55,601 nt of DNA, taken from the NCBI GenBank assembly GCA_035687405.1, contig DASRXR010000480.1:1-55601 (forward strand), written 5' to 3'. Made by a program: the position numbers and the translations under genes. Shown piece after piece: positions 51,320-55,601 of this stretch; the stretch's first letter is position 1; the number at the start of each line of letters is the position of its first letter. Under the pieces are notes generated by a model. It had not been told where the DNA came from, searched no databases, and saw only the letters and a program-made list of their open reading frames with translations. This DNA is from Polyangiales bacterium. GTDB taxonomy: Bacteria; Myxococcota_A; Polyangia; Polyangiales; JAFGIB01.

Positions 51320-52636
51320 TCAACCGAAGTGCGCCATCGCGTCGACTGGTTTCAGCCGCGCTGCGCGCAGGGAGGGGTAGAGCGCCGCAGCGGCGGTGAC
51401 GATCGTGATGAGTACAATTGCGTTGAGCAGCGCGCGCGGTTCGAGCGCGAGCACGAGTGTGTCGCGCATCAGGAATAGCTGGACGGAAATCGGTACGTGG
51501 ATCTGGGCGGCGTTCAACGCCATCGCGATCGCGCAGCCCAGCGCGACACCCGCCGTCGCGCCGAACACTCCGAGCAGCGTCGTTTCGATCAAAAACATCC
51601 GGAGCACACCGGAGCGCGGCATGCCGATCGCGCGCAGCGCACCGATCTCGCGCGTGCGTTCGCGAATCGCGATCCAGAGTGTGTTCATGATGCCGGTCAC
51701 GACGATCGCGATCAGGATCACGAGCAGGAGTGCGCTCAAGCCTTGCAATGCGTTCATCGTCCACATCATGAACGACAGCTCGTCCTGCCAGGTCGTCACA
51801 TCGAGCTTTTGACCGGTCCACGACTCGCGCGAGACAGTTTGGAACTTCAAGAAGAACGCACGTGGGTCCGGTTCCATCACGCGATAGCCCGCGTCCTCGA
51901 GCGTCTTGCGCAGTCGCGCGGCAAGCGGCGTGAGGTTTTCGACCGCTCCTGGTTTGAGGTGCAACTGCAACACGCCGGTCGTGGTCGGATTGAGCTGGTA
52001 GATCGTCCGGAGCGACTCGCTCGAGATAAACACATTCCATTGGCTCAACAAGCCGATGTCCTGCGCAACCGCGACGACGCGGGCATCGAGCGTATTTGCG
52101 ACGCCGCGCGAGGTCTGCGCCGAGATCGTCAACGCGTCCCCGACGTCGACGCCTAGTTTTTTCGCCTGCCCTTCGAAGATCAGGATCGTGTTCGGCTCTG
52201 ACAGCTGATCGATGTCACCCCGATTGATCTTGAGCACAGACTTGAAGTTCGGCTCCTGGGCGATGTCGATGCCACCGATACCGGCTTGCATCGAGCCTTG
52301 ATCCGACACGAGCTTGCCCCAGCCGCGGCCGCGCACGACCATGAAGTCGAGCTCGGGAACTGCCTTGATCACGAGCTTGCGGAGCTTCGGGTACTCCGCT
52401 ACGAGCGGCGCCGCTTGACCGGCGGTGATCTTGTAGAAGCCGCCGACGTTCAAGTGCCCACTCGCGAGTGTGGTCGCCGTGTCGACGAGCGCGTGCGAGA
52501 TCCCGCTCGAGAGCGCGCCGAGGAGCACGAACATGCTCGTGACCACCGCGATCGCGCCGCCGAGGAACGCGGTGCGGCGACCGTGCTGGATCAAGTTCAT
52601 GAGTGCGATGCGAAAGTCGAGAATCAGCGCGCCCAT
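51320..52636 (-). CDS. ABC transporter permease, FtsX/MacB type
   Basis: ORF 51320..52663, trimmed to the ATG at 52636 (GGAGGA upstream; MGALILDFRIALMNLIQHGRRT, 438 aa). There is a periplasmic domain between TM1 and TM2. The FtsX core is NTLWIAIRERTREIGALRAIGMPRSGVLRMFLIET. Confidence 0.85.
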   Translation of the reverse strand: MGALILDFRIALMNLIQHGRRTAFLGGAIAVVTSMFVLLGALSSGISHALVDTATTLASGHLNVGGFYKITAGQAAPLVAEYPKLRKLVIKAVPELDFMVVRGRGWGKLVSDQGSMQAGIGGIDIAQEPNFKSVLKINRGDIDQLSEPNTILIFEGQAKKLGVDVGDALTISAQTSRGVANTLDARVVAVAQDIGLLSQWNVFISSESLRTIYQLNPTTTGVLQLHLKPGAVENLTPLAARLRKTLEDAGYRVMEPDPRAFFLKFQTVSRESWTGQKLDVTTWQDELSFMMWTMNALQGLSALLLVILIAIVVTGIMNTLWIAIRERTREIGALRAIGMPRSGVLRMFLIETTLLGVFGATAGVALGCAIAMALNAAQIHVPISVQLFLMRDTLVLALEPRALLNAIVLITIVTAAAALYPSLRAARLKPVDAMAHFG

Positions 52637-52637
52637 G

Positions 52638-54758
52638 TCACTCCTCCGCCTGCATGGCTTCACGCGGGCTCACGCGCATCGCGAGCCACGCCGGGTAGAT
52701 GCCCGAGATCACACTGACGAACATCACGAGCGTGAGCGCGAGCCCGAGCTGTGGCGCCCCGAGTTGCGGGTACAAGCGTGGCCCGGAGAAGAAGAACGTC
52801 ATGACGTCGCTCGTCGCCGGGATGCCGGTCGAGCCGAGCACCGTGAGCACGATCGAACCGATGAACACTCCGAGCGCGCCGGCGAGAGCGCCGATCACGA
52901 CCGCTTCGACGAGCAGCATCGCGAGCACGAACCGCCGTTGTGCGCCGATCGCGCGCAACGTGCCGATCTCGGCGACGCGCTCGAGCGTGGCCATGACGAG
53001 CGCGTTGTTGATCACCACGAGCGCGACCATGAAGATGATCAACACCGCGGCGTAGAGGACTGCGCGCATCAAGGTGGCAAACTGGCCGATGATGCCGGCA
53101 GCTTGCTGCCACGAGATCGCTTTGAGTGGGATGTTCGCGGATTTGGCAGCTTGCTCGATCGCGACGATGGTCTCCGGGATCTTTCGGTCGTCGCGCACGA
53201 TCACCGCCGCATTCATCACGACGCCCGTCTCGAGCTGGCGTGGATCGTAGCCGGCGAGTTCTTTGGACCGGCGCGTACTGCCGCGTAGACCGGCGAGTGC
53301 GGTTTCGCTGGTTTCTGCTGCGGTCGTCGGCAGTGCGACTTCGGCGTTTTCGGGTGCATCTCGCGAACCGAACAACTCTGCTTCGGCCTGATCGCGATCG
53401 ATCTCCTTCGCGCCGGAAGCAGCTCGAAGCGCCGCGATCTCGCGCTCTCGGTCGGCCGTCATGAACCCGTAGAGCTCGCGGAACGACACGAGGTCCATCA
53501 TGTTGAGCGCGCCCGCCTGTGGAGACTTCTCGAGGCCTTTGAACGCGAACGTTCCGTAGACTTTGAGGTTGGCCGATTGCACGTAGCCGCTGCGTGTGAA
53601 CGCTTTGATCGGCAAAGTATCCCCGATGCGCACGCGGTAAAGCTCGAGTTGCGGCGCGAGCTCGGCGTAGAAGAACTTGTAACGCTCGTCCAAGTTCTCG
53701 TCGGTCGTGTTGAAGAACTGCGCGAGCAGCTTGCCGACGTCGCTTTCAGTACTCCCGAGCAGGCTCTGTAACTTCTCGCGAAAGAGCACGGTCTTGACGT
53801 CATCGAGTTGGAGCAGAAGCTCGCGCACACCCGTCGTGTTTTCGCGCACGATGCGCTGCAGGTCTTGGTCCTCCGCGATCAGCTGTTTGCGGTTGTCCCG
53901 GGCAAGCTTCAGCTTGTCGAGACCCCGTGCAGCCTTCAGCTTCACTTGCTCTTCGTAGACGTATTTCGAAAACAAAAAGCCGCGTTGACCTTGCGGGATC
54001 GCATGGCCATCGACGATCTGCATCCGGTCGAACGACTTTGCGAATTCTTCCGGATCAGTGCCGACGTAGCGCAGGCCGAGCATGTCGGCGTCTGCCGCCA
54101 GCGGAGCGACGCGATTTTCGAGAAACTCGAGGTGTTCGTACGGGTCCGCGTCGAACGTCTTCCAAAAGTCGTCCGAGGACACGCGCGTCATGACTTCCGC
54201 GTCTTCGGCCGCCAGCGCGTGTTCGTCTGCGATCACGAGGGCGTTTGCGGTGTCGCGGCCGAGCACGTTTACGATCTGCCGCACGTGCGCCTTTTGCGTC
54301 GCGTACGCGCGACCGAGCTCGGGAGAGCTCTCGCCGTTGAGGCGGCGCGTGACGGTTTCGCGCAAGCGCCCGAGGGCTTGATCGACCGTGTTGCCTGAAG
54401 TGACGACCGCAGTGTTCACGCCCATCGGCACGACGGCTTCGACGTTCGGAACCTTCAGCAAGATCTCGTGCAGCTTCTCGAACTCGGGGAGCGGCTCGAT
54501 GTCTGGCGAATCGCCGCCGAGCCCACCCATGATTTCGAGCGCGTCTTTCGACTTCGACGAATAGACTTGGATGTGGCCTGCGACGCTGCCGGTGATGCTG
54601 CCGCGCATCGCGCGATCGATGCCGTCCAGCAGCGACGTGCCGACCACGACGAGAATCGCCCCGAACGCGATGATCCCGCCGACGATCATCGTCTTCCAGC
54701 GGCTTGCGAACAAATTACGGAGCGCGATCTGAATGATGACGCCGAGAGTGCCGCTCAT
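52638..54758 (-). CDS. ABC transporter permease, FtsX/MacB type with a very large (~430 aa) periplasmic domain
   Basis: ORF 52638..55343, trimmed to the ATG at 54758, which makes an ATGA overlap with the ATPase stop (MSGTLGVIIQIALRNLFASRWKT, 706 aa). The FtsX core is NNALVMATLERVAEIGTLRAIGAQRRFVLAMLLVEA. Confidence 0.8.
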   Translation of the reverse strand: MSGTLGVIIQIALRNLFASRWKTMIVGGIIAFGAILVVVGTSLLDGIDRAMRGSITGSVAGHIQVYSSKSKDALEIMGGLGGDSPDIEPLPEFEKLHEILLKVPNVEAVVPMGVNTAVVTSGNTVDQALGRLRETVTRRLNGESSPELGRAYATQKAHVRQIVNVLGRDTANALVIADEHALAAEDAEVMTRVSSDDFWKTFDADPYEHLEFLENRVAPLAADADMLGLRYVGTDPEEFAKSFDRMQIVDGHAIPQGQRGFLFSKYVYEEQVKLKAARGLDKLKLARDNRKQLIAEDQDLQRIVRENTTGVRELLLQLDDVKTVLFREKLQSLLGSTESDVGKLLAQFFNTTDENLDERYKFFYAELAPQLELYRVRIGDTLPIKAFTRSGYVQSANLKVYGTFAFKGLEKSPQAGALNMMDLVSFRELYGFMTADREREIAALRAASGAKEIDRDQAEAELFGSRDAPENAEVALPTTAAETSETALAGLRGSTRRSKELAGYDPRQLETGVVMNAAVIVRDDRKIPETIVAIEQAAKSANIPLKAISWQQAAGIIGQFATLMRAVLYAAVLIIFMVALVVINNALVMATLERVAEIGTLRAIGAQRRFVLAMLLVEAVVIGALAGALGVFIGSIVLTVLGSTGIPATSDVMTFFFSGPRLYPQLGAPQLGLALTLVMFVSVISGIYPAWLAMRVSPREAMQAEE

Positions 54759-55507
54759 CCGGGGCTCCCCGAGGACTGAAGGACGGCCGGCGGCAGCGAA
54801 TCGCGTGCGGCCGCTTCTTCCGGTGTGCCGGCGACGGCGAGCTTGCCGTCCGCGAGGCGGACGACGCGCTGGGCGTGCGACATGACCCGGGCATCGTGGG
54901 TCGAGAATACGAACGTCGTTTGCTGTTCGTGGTTCAGCTCTTTCATCAGATCGATGATGTTTTGGCCGGTCACGGAGTCGAGGTTGGCGGTCGGTTCGTC
55001 TGCCAGCACGAGCTTCGGTTTGCTCACGAGCGCGCGCGCGATCGCGACGCGCTGCCGTTGGCCGCCCGAGAGCTCGCCCGGGCGATGTTTGATGAAGTCG
55101 CGCAGCCCGACTTTCGTGAGCAGATCCATCACGCGCGTTTTGCGTTCCTCCGCTTTGTGCACGCGTTGCAGGAGCAGTGGCAGCTCCACGTTGCGATACA
55201 CGTCGAGCACGTTCACGAGGTTGAAGCTCTGAAAGATGAAGCCGATCGTGTGCAGGCGCAGCGACGTCAACTCGCGTTCGCTCATCTTCGAGATGTCGTG
55301 ACCGTCGACGTGAACGGTGCCCGCGGTGGGCACGTCCACACAACCGATGAGGTTCAACAGCGTGGTCTTGCCGCTACCCGACGGGCCGGCGATCGCCATG
55401 AACTCACCGGCTTCGATGTCCAGGCTCACCCCGCGCAGTGCGGGAACGACAACCTTGCCCAGGTTGTAGCTCTTGGTTGCGTCGCGGATCGACACGATGC
55501 TCGGCAT
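54755..55507 (-). CDS. ABC transporter ATP-binding protein (LolD/MacB-like)
   Basis: 250 aa. Walker A is GPSGSGKTT, the signature is LSGGQRQRVAIARAL and Walker B is LVLADEPT. The N-terminus VSIRDATKSYNLGKVVVPALRGVSLDIEAGEFMAIAG is typical of this family. Confidence 0.9.
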   Translation of the reverse strand: MPSIVSIRDATKSYNLGKVVVPALRGVSLDIEAGEFMAIAGPSGSGKTTLLNLIGCVDVPTAGTVHVDGHDISKMSERELTSLRLHTIGFIFQSFNLVNVLDVYRNVELPLLLQRVHKAEERKTRVMDLLTKVGLRDFIKHRPGELSGGQRQRVAIARALVSKPKLVLADEPTANLDSVTGQNIIDLMKELNHEQQTTFVFSTHDARVMSHAQRVVRLADGKLAVAGTPEEAAARDSLPPAVLQSSGSPG

Positions 55508-55601
55508 AGGCGGTTCCTCTTGCTCGACTGCTTGCCCGATTGTCTCGCATTGATTTAGCGAGGCAATGATGCAGTTGCAAAATATCTTAGTTCGCGTGAT
55601 G

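Noticed and set aside
1-55601. A window-wide look for mobile elements, prophage, defence islands (restriction-modification, toxin-antitoxin, retrons, CBASS-like genes), tRNA/rRNA genes and biosynthetic megasynthases.
   Set aside because: I recognised no integrase, transposase, reverse transcriptase, methyltransferase or nuclease-NTPase pairs, no cloverleaf-like sequences in intergenic regions, and no PKS/NRPS domains. Lhr and the S1/P1 nuclease stand alone without defence-type partners.

Overview
This is a high-GC, gene-dense bacterial chromosomal window with about 46 protein-coding genes. I found no rRNA, tRNA, CRISPR array, transposase, integrase or phage genes. The protein repertoire suggests a myxobacterium-like (Myxococcota) genome, which is an inference only. 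That repertoire includes PEGA domains, CDGxDNDCDG-type Cys-rich repeats, Kazal domains, a Ser/Thr-kinase remnant, two ECF sigma modules, and many lipoproteins with Gly/Ala/Pro linkers.

Layout, left to right:
- 1-6.3 kb: an AidB-like dehydrogenase fragment coupled to an ECF sigma gene, a crotonase, an MBL hydrolase, a SodC-like lipoprotein and an NDH-2-like oxidoreductase.
- 6.4-12.2 kb: exported proteins, namely a double-Kazal lipoprotein, a PEGA protein, and a 710-aa protein made of 38 tandem units (36 of 14 residues, 2 of 12).
- 12.8-21 kb: a tightly coupled operon of DUF2911, bshC, bshA, an 893-aa signal-peptide PIG-L deacetylase, a 47-aa membrane peptide and an SSF symporter.
- 21-24.8 kb: housekeeping-type genes (S1/P1 nuclease, PEBP, gloA, alr).
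- 24.8-30.6 kb: an ECF sigma / anti-sigma / Cys-rich protein operon with divergent envelope genes, then a BI-1 family gene.
- 30.7-36.7 kb: lhr, followed by a frameshifted kinase pseudogene.
- 36.8-42.7 kb: a six-gene carbohydrate/glycerol-type ABC transporter that includes a DUF2160 peptide.
- 42.8-45.9 kb: an exported hydrolase and a MopE-like Cys-rich protein.
- 45.9-55.5 kb: GT2, LbH acyltransferase and vWA lipoprotein genes, then an outer-membrane protein, a LolA-like protein and an FtsX/FtsX/ATPase export cluster.

The most unusual items are the 14-residue repeat protein, the non-canonical bacillithiol operon, and the uncharacterised LolA-like/FtsX envelope cluster. All family assignments come from reading motifs by eye and from memory of reference sequences. 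No database search was run.
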